Source of the DNA: Vulcanimicrobiota bacterium | GTDB lineage: Bacteria; Vulcanimicrobiota; Vulcanimicrobiia; Eremiobacterales; Eremiobacteraceae | Assembly: GCA_963812135.1 (NCBI GenBank) | Contig: CAWETU010000001.1 | Coordinates: forward strand, 960,001-1,024,000 | Direction: 5' to 3' | DNA length: 64,000 nucleotides | The notes under the pieces: generated by a model | What the model saw: only the letters and a program-made list of their open reading frames with translations | Told to the model about the DNA's origin: nothing | The model's database searches: none | Made by a program: the position numbers and the translations under genes | Shown here: one piece after another, positions 48,117 through 57,679 of the stretch | Layout of the letters: each line of letters starts with the position of its first letter | How positions within the stretch are numbered: position 1 is the stretch's first letter

Positions 48117-49064
48117 ATGCGAGCCGGTCTTTCGACATTGGCCATCGCGATCGTCGCGTCTGCCGCCGCCACGTTCTTCTATCTGCGGCCATTCGACCCG
48201 CTCGTCCATCATTGGGCGTTCGCGGTCATCGCCGCGGCGGCCGGCATCGTGCTGCTCGCGCAGGCGATCGCCGGCGTCCGCGCCGGGGAAGCCACCACGC
48301 GTTTCGCGGTGCTCGCCGGTTTAGGAGGAGCGCTGCTGTGCGCGACGATGGTGCTCGCCGCCTTCGCAGCCGGCTCACCCCACGCGCTGACGGGATCGCC
48401 CGGCCAGGTCACGCCGGCCCGCCAAGGTTCATCGGTCGCCGTTCGCTTCCCGGATCTGACGCCAGAGCAGCTGCGCGCCGGCATCGCGCCGGACAGCGTC
48501 GATGTCCTTGCGGGCAGCGCTGTCGAGACGCTGCACGTCGGCGACACCGTACGGGTCGGCCAGTACGTGTTGAACGCGGCGCAGGGACCGGTCGCGCTCG
48601 TTCGCGCGACCACGCCCGACGGCCGGCCGGTGACCATCACGCAGCCGCAAGCCGCGACATTCGTGTCGCCGTATCTCTTCTTTCCCGGCATACACGGCGA
48701 CCAGCGCTTCGATTTTTTCGCGGTTCCGCCGCTGCACCGCTCGGTGACGGTCGCCTACTATCCGTTCTACCGCGATGAGACCAAAGGCATCGTCATCAAC
48801 ACGCCGTTCGTGCTCGTGCAGATCGCCGAAGAGAACGGCAACGAGCTTTTCCGCGGCGCCACCATCAGCGGCCGACCGATCCGCAAAGCCGGCGTCGTGC
48901 TGACGTTCACGCTTGGCCGCTATCCGGTCATCACGCTGTCTTCGGCGCCGGCGCGATTCCCGTTCGCGCTCGGCTTGCTGATGGTGGCCGCGGGACTCGT
49001 CGGGTACGCCGTCGCGGTTGCGCGCGGCGGCATGACGGAAGGACGCACCGCCGCAGCCAAGTGA
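48117..49064 (+). CDS. Hypothetical membrane protein with large soluble domain
   Basis: Three N-terminal and one C-terminal hydrophobic segments (ResB-like topology only). Confidence 0.7.
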   Translation: MRAGLSTLAIAIVASAAATFFYLRPFDPLVHHWAFAVIAAAAGIVLLAQAIAGVRAGEATTRFAVLAGLGGALLCATMVLAAFAAGSPHALTGSPGQVTPARQGSSVAVRFPDLTPEQLRAGIAPDSVDVLAGSAVETLHVGDTVRVGQYVLNAAQGPVALVRATTPDGRPVTITQPQAATFVSPYLFFPGIHGDQRFDFFAVPPLHRSVTVAYYPFYRDETKGIVINTPFVLVQIAEENGNELFRGATISGRPIRKAGVVLTFTLGRYPVITLSSAPARFPFALGLLMVAAGLVGYAVAVARGGMTEGRTAAAK

Positions 49065-49071
49065 GGCGGGC

Positions 49072-50658
49072 ATGAAGCGCCACGCGATCGCGATCGCAGC
49101 CGGCGCGCTCGCCGCTTTCGCGCCGTTGCACATCGGGGCGAGCTCGCTGGAGGATCCGCCGCCGGGTCTGCGTCCGCCCGAGACGACGCTGCCGGCGGTG
49201 CTGGAGCATTACAACGCCGCGGAGGGTTCGCGCCAATTCCATACGCGCGTCGAGCAGTGGCGCGTCAGCGAAGGCGGATTAAGCGGTACGCTTGTCACGA
49301 CGACGTCGGGTGCGGACTATCGCAGCGTGTTGACGCTCGGCCCGTTCACGACGATGACCGGCCGCTGGCACGGCCAAAGCTGGCGCCAAGACGAGAACGG
49401 ACTGACGGTGCTGCGCCAAGACATCCACCAGAAGTCGGCGATCAGCGAGCAGGCGATCAACTTCGCGCTCGACCACCCGCAAGCGCCCGGTCCCGGCGTC
49501 AAGCTGCTCGGCGAGGCGGTCTCGCCGCTCAAGGCGCACGTCATCCAAGTGCACCCTGACGGCGGCCGGCTCGTGTGGCTGTTCTTCGATGCGGCGACGG
49601 GCCTGATCGATCGAGAAGAAGACGTCATCGCCGAACGGCGCTCGGTCACGCAGTACGACGATTTCCGTCCGGTCGACGGCGAGATGCACGCGTGGCATCA
49701 TCACATCAGCGATGGACGGCCCAACAACGACGAGGATTGGACGTTGACGTCGCTGCGCAACGATGTGCCCATCGCGCAAAACGATCTGGAGATCCCAGCG
49801 GATCGCCGGACGTTGGTCCAGTTCCCCACTGGCGCGACCCAAGTCCGGTTGCCGGCGCGCATCGTGAACGGCAACGTCATCGTGCGCCTGACCATCGCGG
49901 GCCGCGGCTTGGATTTTCTGCTCGATTCGGGCGCAGGCGACATCGCGTTTGATTCCGGCCTAGCCGATTCGCTGCACCTTCAGATGCACGGCAAGCAGAC
50001 GCAGGAGATCGCCGGCCAGTTCGACCGCTCGCGCGCCATCGTGCCGGAGATCCGGATCGGCGACCTTGCGCTGCATGACGTCGTCGTCTCGACGGTCGCT
50101 TTCCAATCCCAGCCTGTCGAGGACACGAAGATCGTCGGACTGCTCGGCTTTGATTTCTTCAAGAACGCGGTGGTGCGCATCGACTACGAGCACGGCACGG
50201 TGGACGCGTTCGCGCCTGGGTCGTTCGCGCCGCCCCAAGCGGCGGCCGTGCTGCCGCTCGCGCTCGATGACGGCGTGCCGCTCGTCAGCGCGACGGTCGG
50301 CGCCGATCGCGGCGATCATTTCATCCTCGACACCGGATCGGCGTTCACCATCATCTTCTCGGGATTCGCCGCGGACCACCCGCAGGCGGTGGCCGAGCAA
50401 AGCGGATTGCCGGGCCAAGGCGGCCCGACGCTGGCACGCGGCGTCGGCGGGCAAGTCGTGCTCGTGCCGGCCGAGCTCAAAACGTTTGGGTTCGCCGGGG
50501 CGGAATTCGACCATCTCCAAGTGTATGTCACCCGGGCGGCCCGGGCGTTGGAGCGCGAAGACGAGGACGGCTTGATCGGCGCGCCGACACTCGAGCGTTT
50601 CGTGGTCTACTTGGACTACCCGCACCAACGCGCCGAGCTGTTGCGCAACGGTTCGTAA
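49072..50658 (+). CDS. Secreted protein with two retropepsin-like aspartyl protease domains
   Basis: Signal peptide; FLLDSGA...GLLG and FILDTGS...GLIG. Confidence 0.85.
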   Translation: MKRHAIAIAAGALAAFAPLHIGASSLEDPPPGLRPPETTLPAVLEHYNAAEGSRQFHTRVEQWRVSEGGLSGTLVTTTSGADYRSVLTLGPFTTMTGRWHGQSWRQDENGLTVLRQDIHQKSAISEQAINFALDHPQAPGPGVKLLGEAVSPLKAHVIQVHPDGGRLVWLFFDAATGLIDREEDVIAERRSVTQYDDFRPVDGEMHAWHHHISDGRPNNDEDWTLTSLRNDVPIAQNDLEIPADRRTLVQFPTGATQVRLPARIVNGNVIVRLTIAGRGLDFLLDSGAGDIAFDSGLADSLHLQMHGKQTQEIAGQFDRSRAIVPEIRIGDLALHDVVVSTVAFQSQPVEDTKIVGLLGFDFFKNAVVRIDYEHGTVDAFAPGSFAPPQAAAVLPLALDDGVPLVSATVGADRGDHFILDTGSAFTIIFSGFAADHPQAVAEQSGLPGQGGPTLARGVGGQVVLVPAELKTFGFAGAEFDHLQVYVTRAARALEREDEDGLIGAPTLERFVVYLDYPHQRAELLRNGS

Positions 50659-50692
50659 GTCTAAGAGAGCGATTCGGTTGAAGGAGGTTCGG

Positions 50693-51886
50693 ATGCCCGC
50701 TCGCACCCTCGTGCGCGCCAAACTGCTTCTCACGGGTACGGGCGGCAAAGGCATCGCCGGCGGCGCCGTGCTCGTCGAGGACGGCCGGATCAAGGCGGCC
50801 GGCGCGCGCGCCGCGATCGAACGCCTTGCGAAAAAGGCGGACGTGATCGACGCGAGCCGTTTCACGGTGATGCCGGGCATGATCAACCTGCACGCGCACC
50901 TGGACTCGGAATGCGGGCCGGATTTCCTGACCAGCGCGCTGCTCATCAGCGAGGCCAATGCGGTCATGACGTGCGTGGACAGCGCGCGCCGCACGCTGCT
51001 CGGCGGCGTGACGACAGTGCGCGATCTCGGCACGAAATACGCCGCGGCGATCGCGGTGCGCGACGCGGTCAACAAAGGCTGGGTCGCGGGACCGCGGATC
51101 CTCAGCGCCGGCAAGCTCGTCTGCATGACGGGCGGACACGGCTGGTTCATCGGCCACGAGACCGATGGTCCCGACGAGATGCGCAAGACGATCCGCCAAA
51201 ACCTCAAGCGTGGCGCCGATTGCATCAAAGTGATCGCGACCGGCGGCGTGCTCTCGCCGGGGGTCGAGGTCGGCAGCTCGCAGCTCGATCCTGATGAGTT
51301 GGCGGCGGCCGTCAAAGAAGCGCACAAGGCTGACCGGCGCGTGGCCGCGCACGCGATCGGCAATGAAGGCATCAAGAACGCGCTGCGCGCCGGCGTCGAC
51401 ACCATCGAACACGGCTGCTACCTGGATGACGAAGCGATCAAGCTGTTCAAGAAGACCGGTGCGACCTTCGTGCCGACGTTGTGTGCACCGCACTTCCTGC
51501 ATGAGCACCTAGACGAGGTGCCTGCGTACGCGCGGCGCAAGACCGAACAGGTCTACGATGCGCATCGCTCCAGTTTCAAACGCGCGCTGCGCGCCGGCGT
51601 GACGATCGCGGCGGGCACGGACGCGGGCACGCCGTTCAATCGGCACGAGCTGTTCGCCACCGAGCTCGCGTTGATGACGGCCCTTGGGATGGAGCCGGAA
51701 CAGGCGCTGCATGCGGCCACCGCCGGCGCGGCTCGCGCAGCCGGGTTGGAGAACGAGACCGGCTCGCTGACCGAAGGCAAGTCCGCAGATCTTATCCTCG
51801 TCGACGGCGATCCGCGTAAGGACATCAAGGCGACAGCGCGCGTCGCGGGTCTCATGGTGCGCGGCGCCTGGCTCGCGACCTCGTGA
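50693..51886 (+). CDS. Metal-dependent amidohydrolase (prolidase-like)
   Basis: PGMINLHAH, GVTTVRDLG, IKVIATGG, AAHA, IEHG, AGTDAG; AAGGAGG RBS. Confidence 0.92.
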   Translation: MPARTLVRAKLLLTGTGGKGIAGGAVLVEDGRIKAAGARAAIERLAKKADVIDASRFTVMPGMINLHAHLDSECGPDFLTSALLISEANAVMTCVDSARRTLLGGVTTVRDLGTKYAAAIAVRDAVNKGWVAGPRILSAGKLVCMTGGHGWFIGHETDGPDEMRKTIRQNLKRGADCIKVIATGGVLSPGVEVGSSQLDPDELAAAVKEAHKADRRVAAHAIGNEGIKNALRAGVDTIEHGCYLDDEAIKLFKKTGATFVPTLCAPHFLHEHLDEVPAYARRKTEQVYDAHRSSFKRALRAGVTIAAGTDAGTPFNRHELFATELALMTALGMEPEQALHAATAGAARAAGLENETGSLTEGKSADLILVDGDPRKDIKATARVAGLMVRGAWLATS

Positions 51887-53535
51887 GCGGGTTCGGCTCC
51901 CGCTTCAGCGCCGTCGCGCTGGGTGCAGCAGTGTTGCTCATGTCGGCCGGTTGCACCAAGATCTCGACCAACACGGCAGCCCCCGGCGCGCACGCATGGA
52001 CGCATCACGGCGTGCTGCGCGTCGGCGCCTACGAGGAGCTCGACAACCTCAATCCGGTCCTCTCGACCGAGCTCTTCGTCACCGACGTCTGCCAGTTGCT
52101 CTACTCTGGGCTTATCGACTACGACGACAACGGCGAGCCGATCCCAGACGTCGCACTGGCGGTGCCGACGCGCGCCAACGGCGGCATCTCGGCTGACGGC
52201 CTGACGATCACGTATCACTTGCGCCACGGCGTGGCGTTCTCGGACGGCGTGCCGCTGACGTCGGCCGACGCGAAGTTCACGTGGCAGCAGATCGTCAATC
52301 CGGACAACAACGCGTCGTCGCGCTATCCGTACGACTACATCGCGTCGATCGACACGCCCGATCCGTACACCCTTATCGTTCATCTCAAGACACGCTTAGC
52401 GCCGTTCGTCGGTTACTTCTTGCGCAACGGCACGCTGGGCTCGATCCTTCCCAAGCATCTGCTCGACAAATACCCGAACCTCAACCGGATCGGCTTCAAT
52501 ATCGCGCCGGTCGGCAGCGGCCCGTTCGTGGTGGCGAATTACCAGCCCGGTGTGCGGCTCGACTTGAGCGCCAATCCGCATTACTGGCGCGGGCCTCCGA
52601 AACTGCGCGCGATCGAGTATCACATCATCCCGAATCAGCAGACGCTGTTGACGCAGGTCGGTTCGCATGAGATCGACTTCTATTTCGACGCGCCGGAGGT
52701 CCAATACGAATTGCTCAAAGCCATCGACGGCGTCCGCGTCACCGCGCGCCCGAACCAGAGCTTCGAGCACATCAGCTTCAACTGCGGCCGGCCACCGCTT
52801 GACGACGTGCGCGTGCGCCAAGCGCTCTCGTACGCGATCGACTGGAGCAATCTCGCGCAGCACGTGTACCTCGGTTTGGGCGTGCAGGGCATGGGAGACA
52901 TCGCACCGTCCTCGTGGGCGTACGACCCGAGCGTGAAGCCGTATCCCTTCGACCAGGGCCGTGCGCGGGCGCTGCTGGCGGCGGCGGGCTGGACGCCTGG
53001 CAGCGACGGTATGCTCGCCAAGGACGGCCGGCCTCTCCAATTCACGATGACGACGACCGCCGGCGTGTCCTCGCGCGCAAAGGTCGAAGCGCTGGTCCAA
53101 CAAGATCTGCGCCATATCGGCGTCGACGTGCAGATCAAGAACGATCACGCCAACATGTTGTTCGCGACCTACGGCGCGAATGGCACGTTCGCGCGCGGAC
53201 AATACGACATCGGGCTCTATGCGTGGAGCTATACGATTCCCGAGCCGGACGACACGCTGACCCTCGGGCCGGACCAAGTACCGCCCAATGGACAGAATTA
53301 CACGTACTGCCGAGACGCGTTGATCGGGCAGTATCAGCGAGAGGCGCGCACGAGCTACGATCGCGCGGTGCGCCGCGCGGCGCTGGTCAAGCTCCAACAT
53401 CGCGAATACGAATTCGTGCCGCGCCACACGATCGTTTGGCGCGCGAACATCGACGCCCTCAACAGCGACATGAAGAATTTCAAACCGGCTCCGGCGGTCA
53501 GCGACTTCTGGAACGCCTGGGAGTGGGATATCTAG
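51883..53535 (+). CDS. Peptide ABC transporter substrate-binding lipoprotein (family 5), no permease nearby
   Basis: Lipobox SAGC; LRHGVAFSDGVPLT, VGSGPF, RVRQALSYAID. Confidence 0.9.
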   Translation: MSGFGSRFSAVALGAAVLLMSAGCTKISTNTAAPGAHAWTHHGVLRVGAYEELDNLNPVLSTELFVTDVCQLLYSGLIDYDDNGEPIPDVALAVPTRANGGISADGLTITYHLRHGVAFSDGVPLTSADAKFTWQQIVNPDNNASSRYPYDYIASIDTPDPYTLIVHLKTRLAPFVGYFLRNGTLGSILPKHLLDKYPNLNRIGFNIAPVGSGPFVVANYQPGVRLDLSANPHYWRGPPKLRAIEYHIIPNQQTLLTQVGSHEIDFYFDAPEVQYELLKAIDGVRVTARPNQSFEHISFNCGRPPLDDVRVRQALSYAIDWSNLAQHVYLGLGVQGMGDIAPSSWAYDPSVKPYPFDQGRARALLAAAGWTPGSDGMLAKDGRPLQFTMTTTAGVSSRAKVEALVQQDLRHIGVDVQIKNDHANMLFATYGANGTFARGQYDIGLYAWSYTIPEPDDTLTLGPDQVPPNGQNYTYCRDALIGQYQREARTSYDRAVRRAALVKLQHREYEFVPRHTIVWRANIDALNSDMKNFKPAPAVSDFWNAWEWDI

Positions 53536-53537
53536 GA

Positions 53538-54581
53538 CTACAGCCCCAGCGCGAGTTTGCCGAGCACTTCGCCGGCCGCGATGCGTTCGAGCGCTTTGGC
53601 GCCTTGCTCGAGCGGATACTCCTGATCGATCACCGGCTTGACGCCCGCGAGCTCCACGAAACGCACCAGCTCGGCGAACTCCGATGGCGTGCCCATGGTC
53701 GTCCCCGCGATCGTGATCTGACGCCAAAAGATCCGCGAGAGGTCGGCTGGCGGGTTGGGGCCTCCCGTGGCGCCCGCGACCGAGATTATACCGCCTTGAC
53801 GCACCGCGCGCAGTGACGTGCCCCAGGTGGGTTCGCCGACTGACTCCATCACCGCGTCGACGCCGTCGCCACCGGTCATTTTGAGGATCGCCTTCGCGGC
53901 GTCTTTGCCTGCGAGCACACCCTCGTGTGCGCCCAGCCCCTTCGCATACTCGAGTTTGGCCTCGGTGCGCGACGACGCGATCACGCGAAGCCCCGCGGCC
54001 TTTGCCAACTGGATCGCCGCGGTTGCGAGGCCGCCGCCGGCGCCTTGCACCAGCACCGAATCTCCCGGGCGCAGATGCGCTTTGATGAACAGCCCTCGAT
54101 AAGCGGTCAGATACGTCACGCCGAGCGCGGCGGTCTGAGCGAATGAGAGACCCGCCGGCTTGGGCACGATGGCGCCGACCGGCACGACGATGTATTCAGC
54201 GAACGAGCCTTCGCGATCGCCGTCGCTGAGCATCGTGAACGACCGGCACAACATGAGATCGCCCGAGAGACAGCCACGGCAGCGCCCGCACGAGCGCACC
54301 GCATAGACCGCGACCTCCGCGCCGACCGGCGGCGCGCCCTCAGGCGGATCGCCGCCATATGCGTCGACGACGCCCGCGGCATCACACCCGAGGATCCGCG
54401 GCGGCGTGATCGGATAGCCGACGATGCCGCGCAGCGTCCAATAATCGTGATGGTTGACCGTCGCCGCGCGCACCTTGACGCGGACCTCGCCAGGCCCCGG
54501 CTGCGGCGTCGGCCGCTCGCCGTATTCAAGGTTGGCGAGCGGCGAGTCGCCGCCGAGCTTGGTCGCATATAACGCGCGCAT
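53538..54581 (-). CDS. Zinc-binding dehydrogenase / quinone oxidoreductase (MDR)
   Basis: VNHHD, ILGCDAAG, CGRCRGC..C, LTAYR, QGAGGG; ATG 54581. Confidence 0.9.
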   Translation of the reverse strand: MRALYATKLGGDSPLANLEYGERPTPQPGPGEVRVKVRAATVNHHDYWTLRGIVGYPITPPRILGCDAAGVVDAYGGDPPEGAPPVGAEVAVYAVRSCGRCRGCLSGDLMLCRSFTMLSDGDREGSFAEYIVVPVGAIVPKPAGLSFAQTAALGVTYLTAYRGLFIKAHLRPGDSVLVQGAGGGLATAAIQLAKAAGLRVIASSRTEAKLEYAKGLGAHEGVLAGKDAAKAILKMTGGDGVDAVMESVGEPTWGTSLRAVRQGGIISVAGATGGPNPPADLSRIFWRQITIAGTTMGTPSEFAELVRFVELAGVKPVIDQEYPLEQGAKALERIAAGEVLGKLALGL

Positions 54582-54583
54582 GG

Positions 54584-55888
54584 TCAGGGAGCCCTCCGTG
54601 GTGCGGTCGTGACGTTCGTGGGATACGAGCATGTCGAGATCGGCGCGCCGGCGCGCCGCAACGTATGCGTGTCGAAGACGTCGATGACGTCCTCTTTCGC
54701 GCTCGGCACATACAGCCTGCTCGTCGCTCGGTCGAGGTGAGGCGTCCACGGCCACTTCGCGGTCGGCAGCGTCGCGATCCGCGCCAACGCCCGCAATGAG
54801 AAGACGGCGACGTTCGCGTCACCTTCGTTGGTGACGAAGACACGGCCGGCGTTCTCGTCGACGGCGACGCCAAGCGGCAGCGCATCGTTCGAGCCCGTGC
54901 CGCGCGATGCGCCGACGCGGCGCAGCGAGGGCAGCGAGAACTCCTCAAGGCCGGGATGCGAGCGCGCGCCGCTCACCGTTGCCGTGTCGTTGTCCGCGAC
55001 GAAGAGCAAACCGCGCGCCGCGGCGAGCGCGATGCCGAACGGGCGTGTGCCGGTCGCGGTACGTCCGGTCTCGCGCGCATTGCCGCGGCCATCAAACGCG
55101 TAACGGATGAGCTCATTGCTGTTGACGTTGGTGACGTAGAAGACGCGGCCGTCGGGTTGGGCGACGATTCCTTCGGGGGTTTCGCCGGCGGGCGCAGTCG
55201 AGGCGACCACCGGCGTGTGGTCGGCGCCGACGCGGAAGATGAAGATGCCGGGGCCGCCCTTCGACGCGTTGTTGTCGGTGGTCGCGAAATAGCCGCCGGC
55301 GAGCAGCACGGCGCCGGAGAAGCGCGAGTTGCGCAGCGGCGCGGAATCGTGCGTCGTCATCGTCGCCAAATCGACGGCCGTCACGCGACCCTTCGCCGCG
55401 ACGAACGCCAAGCGGCGACCGGCGTCCACCACCATCCCCGCGGGAAGCTCGGGCGTGCTCAGCAAGCCCACGCGGCGCGACGTGGCCGCTTCGCGGACGT
55501 CGAGCGCGTTGCTCTCATAGCACGCGACGAGCACCAGCGGAATGCCCGCGGGCGCCCCTGTCACCTGCACGGGCGCAGAAACCGAAACGCGTCCGGCACG
55601 CGCGACCACGATGACATCTTTGGCGGGGCGATCGGGAGCGACGTAGACGCCCTCGGGCGAGATCGTGCCCGGTCCGACGACGCTCCACTGCACGGGAGAT
55701 TTGCCATCGCCGCCGATGAGACGCGCCGTGAACGCGATCGACGAGCCGGCGAACACCGACGCGTTGGCAGGCGCGATCGCGATGCCGCTCGGCAGCGATA
55801 ACTCATGCTGCCGGTTTGCGTACATCGTGACCCCGGCGCTCAGCACGATGACGATCGCGAGCGCCGCGATCGCCCAGACGGGCTTCAG
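54584..55888 (-). CDS. Exported Ig-like plus YncE/YVTN-like beta-propeller protein
   Basis: N-terminal hydrophobic anchor; WSV..GTIS..GVY.AP; PEGI, PFGI, PLGVAVD repeats; start 55888 (CTG) or 55909. Confidence 0.75.
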   Translation of the reverse strand: MKPVWAIAALAIVIVLSAGVTMYANRQHELSLPSGIAIAPANASVFAGSSIAFTARLIGGDGKSPVQWSVVGPGTISPEGVYVAPDRPAKDVIVVARAGRVSVSAPVQVTGAPAGIPLVLVACYESNALDVREAATSRRVGLLSTPELPAGMVVDAGRRLAFVAAKGRVTAVDLATMTTHDSAPLRNSRFSGAVLLAGGYFATTDNNASKGGPGIFIFRVGADHTPVVASTAPAGETPEGIVAQPDGRVFYVTNVNSNELIRYAFDGRGNARETGRTATGTRPFGIALAAARGLLFVADNDTATVSGARSHPGLEEFSLPSLRRVGASRGTGSNDALPLGVAVDENAGRVFVTNEGDANVAVFSLRALARIATLPTAKWPWTPHLDRATSRLYVPSAKEDVIDVFDTHTLRRAGAPISTCSYPTNVTTAPRRAP

Positions 55889-56460
55889 CGAAGCAGTCCG
55901 ACGACGCAAAACGCCAGGCCTATGAGGCCGCCGAGAAATCCGATGAGGAAGAGCGGGGAGCGTTTGGTCATCGCGGAGATGGACGCGAGCACGATCGAGA
56001 TCTGGAAGAGCGCAATCGCGACGTCGAAGTCGAACTTCTTCGCCTCGAGGGAGTCCACCGTGCTAAGAGCCGTTGTCCGCTCCGACTCGAGCCGCTTCGC
56101 TTCGACCATCAGCGGCTGCTGGCGCTTGCGATACTTGCCTTCCTCGTCATGCAGTTGGCGCCGCGTCGCCGGGTCAGCCGTCAAGACCTGTGCAGCTGAC
56201 TCGACGTGCGCCTTGAGACTGTTCGCCTCGTATTCGTTCCACGTGTCCGCGGCTTGTGTCTGGTCGAGCACCGCCGCTTGTGCGCGTAGCAGCATCGACT
56301 CTGAGAGGCGGTTGGCGTATAAGCTCGAGAGCCCGGCGCAGACCGCCAGAGCCGCAGCGACCAGCGGGACATAGCGCAGCACCGGGTCCGACGTGCCTTC
56401 GAGGTGCTCGTGGGCCTTTTCAGCATGTTCCAGGCCCTCGTGGGCCAAATAGTCCGGCAC
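55885..56460 (-). CDS. DUF4337-like membrane protein
   Basis: AADTWNEYEA.S.K and LFQISIVLASIS motifs. Confidence 0.75.
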   Translation of the reverse strand: MPDYLAHEGLEHAEKAHEHLEGTSDPVLRYVPLVAAALAVCAGLSSLYANRLSESMLLRAQAAVLDQTQAADTWNEYEANSLKAHVESAAQVLTADPATRRQLHDEEGKYRKRQQPLMVEAKRLESERTTALSTVDSLEAKKFDFDVAIALFQISIVLASISAMTKRSPLFLIGFLGGLIGLAFCVVGLLR

Positions 56461-56470
56461 GGCGCGCTGG

Positions 56471-56495
56471 TTTCGGTTCGGCCAAGCCGGAGCCT
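56471..56495 (-). promoter_or_regulatory. Sigma-H-like promoter (AGG-N18-GAAA)
   Basis: Minus-strand AGG 56495-56493 and GAA 56474-56472, 11 nt before GTG 56460. Confidence 0.45.
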
Positions 56496-56577
56496 TTCAG
56501 TGACCTGCAACACGTCAGATTTTGCCGATAGTCCCTATAATTGGGGCACCAATCGCACATCTGAGGACAAGTGAGCC

Positions 56578-57057
56578 ATGAAACTCGCTCTTCGTGTGGC
56601 CATCTCGCTCGCGTGCGCGACGTTGTTCGCGGCGCCGGCGCTCGCAGATCCGAAGCTGCAGGTCGCCCCAGCCGACGAGTACTTCGGCCGGCAGAAGATC
56701 AGCACGCTCGGCATCGACAACATGATCCGCGACACCGAGGCGCGCGAGAATTTCGATCCGTCGCTCGCGTCGCGCCTCCTCGGCCCGCTCTCAAATGCCG
56801 AAGATGCGCTTGAGGACTGGCAATCCAAATATCCGCACGATTCATGGATCCCCAAACGCGCCTATCTTATGTCGCATCTCTTCTGGCGGATGCACACGGC
56901 CGACGCGGACGCGATGGCCGACAGATGCCGAAACTTGCTCTTCAAACAGTTCCCCAAGTCTCGATATGCGGTTCTTGCGAAAGTCGAGACGCCGTCGATG
57001 ATCGCTCCCGAGTCGTCTGCGCGGATGCCGACGCAGAGCGACCCCGCAGTCAAATAG
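56578..57057 (+). CDS. Secreted hypothetical protein (APADEYFG motif)
   Basis: Signal peptide ending ALA; TATAAT at 56536 and GAGGA RBS upstream. Confidence 0.75.
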   Translation: MKLALRVAISLACATLFAAPALADPKLQVAPADEYFGRQKISTLGIDNMIRDTEARENFDPSLASRLLGPLSNAEDALEDWQSKYPHDSWIPKRAYLMSHLFWRMHTADADAMADRCRNLLFKQFPKSRYAVLAKVETPSMIAPESSARMPTQSDPAVK

Positions 57058-57092
57058 CAGAAGGCCGCAAGCCGGGGCTCTGAGAAGCGCGC

Positions 57093-57671
57093 ATGCACAT
57101 GCGCGTTTTTCGTGCCGCGCTGCTCGCGGTGCCCCTCCTCGTCGCTCTGCCATATACCGCATCGGCCGCTCCCCAGCCGCTCGACGACGATTCGTGGACG
57201 ACGGTGACGGTGGCGGCCGCGCGGCCGGCCGAACATCGCCAGGCTCCGGCAGACGAGTACTTCGGTCCGAATCGGCTCAGCAATCTGGGCGTCCGCAATG
57301 CGATCCGCGACATGAATCTGGAGGGCACGTCGCCGCTGGCGTTGCCGATCCAATTGGATCGCATCGCGGCGGTGCAAGCCGCGCTCGCGCTTTGGTCCGC
57401 CAAATATCCGAACGACAGCTGGCTGCCCGGCACGACGCTCGATTTCGCGAAGTTCTTGCAGAGCAAACAACAGGCGTTCACGGATGACCTGGCCTACGGC
57501 TATCTCTTGTCTCTGCAGGCGTTCTACCCGGCGTCGCGCGCAGGATTCGAAGCGCACGAGCTGCTCGCGCGCTCCCATCCGGTTCCCGGTTTCGACATGG
57601 GCACGGCGCCGCCGGCCGACCCCATTCCAAGCGTGGGAGACAATCTCTACCCGAAACTGAAGAACCGCTAG
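57093..57671 (+). CDS. Secreted hypothetical protein (APADEYFG motif), tandem paralog
   Basis: Shares APADEYFG, S.LG..N.IRD and W..KYP.DSW.P with the upstream gene. Confidence 0.75.
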   Translation: MHMRVFRAALLAVPLLVALPYTASAAPQPLDDDSWTTVTVAAARPAEHRQAPADEYFGPNRLSNLGVRNAIRDMNLEGTSPLALPIQLDRIAAVQAALALWSAKYPNDSWLPGTTLDFAKFLQSKQQAFTDDLAYGYLLSLQAFYPASRAGFEAHELLARSHPVPGFDMGTAPPADPIPSVGDNLYPKLKNR

Positions 57672-57679
57672 CGCTGAAG

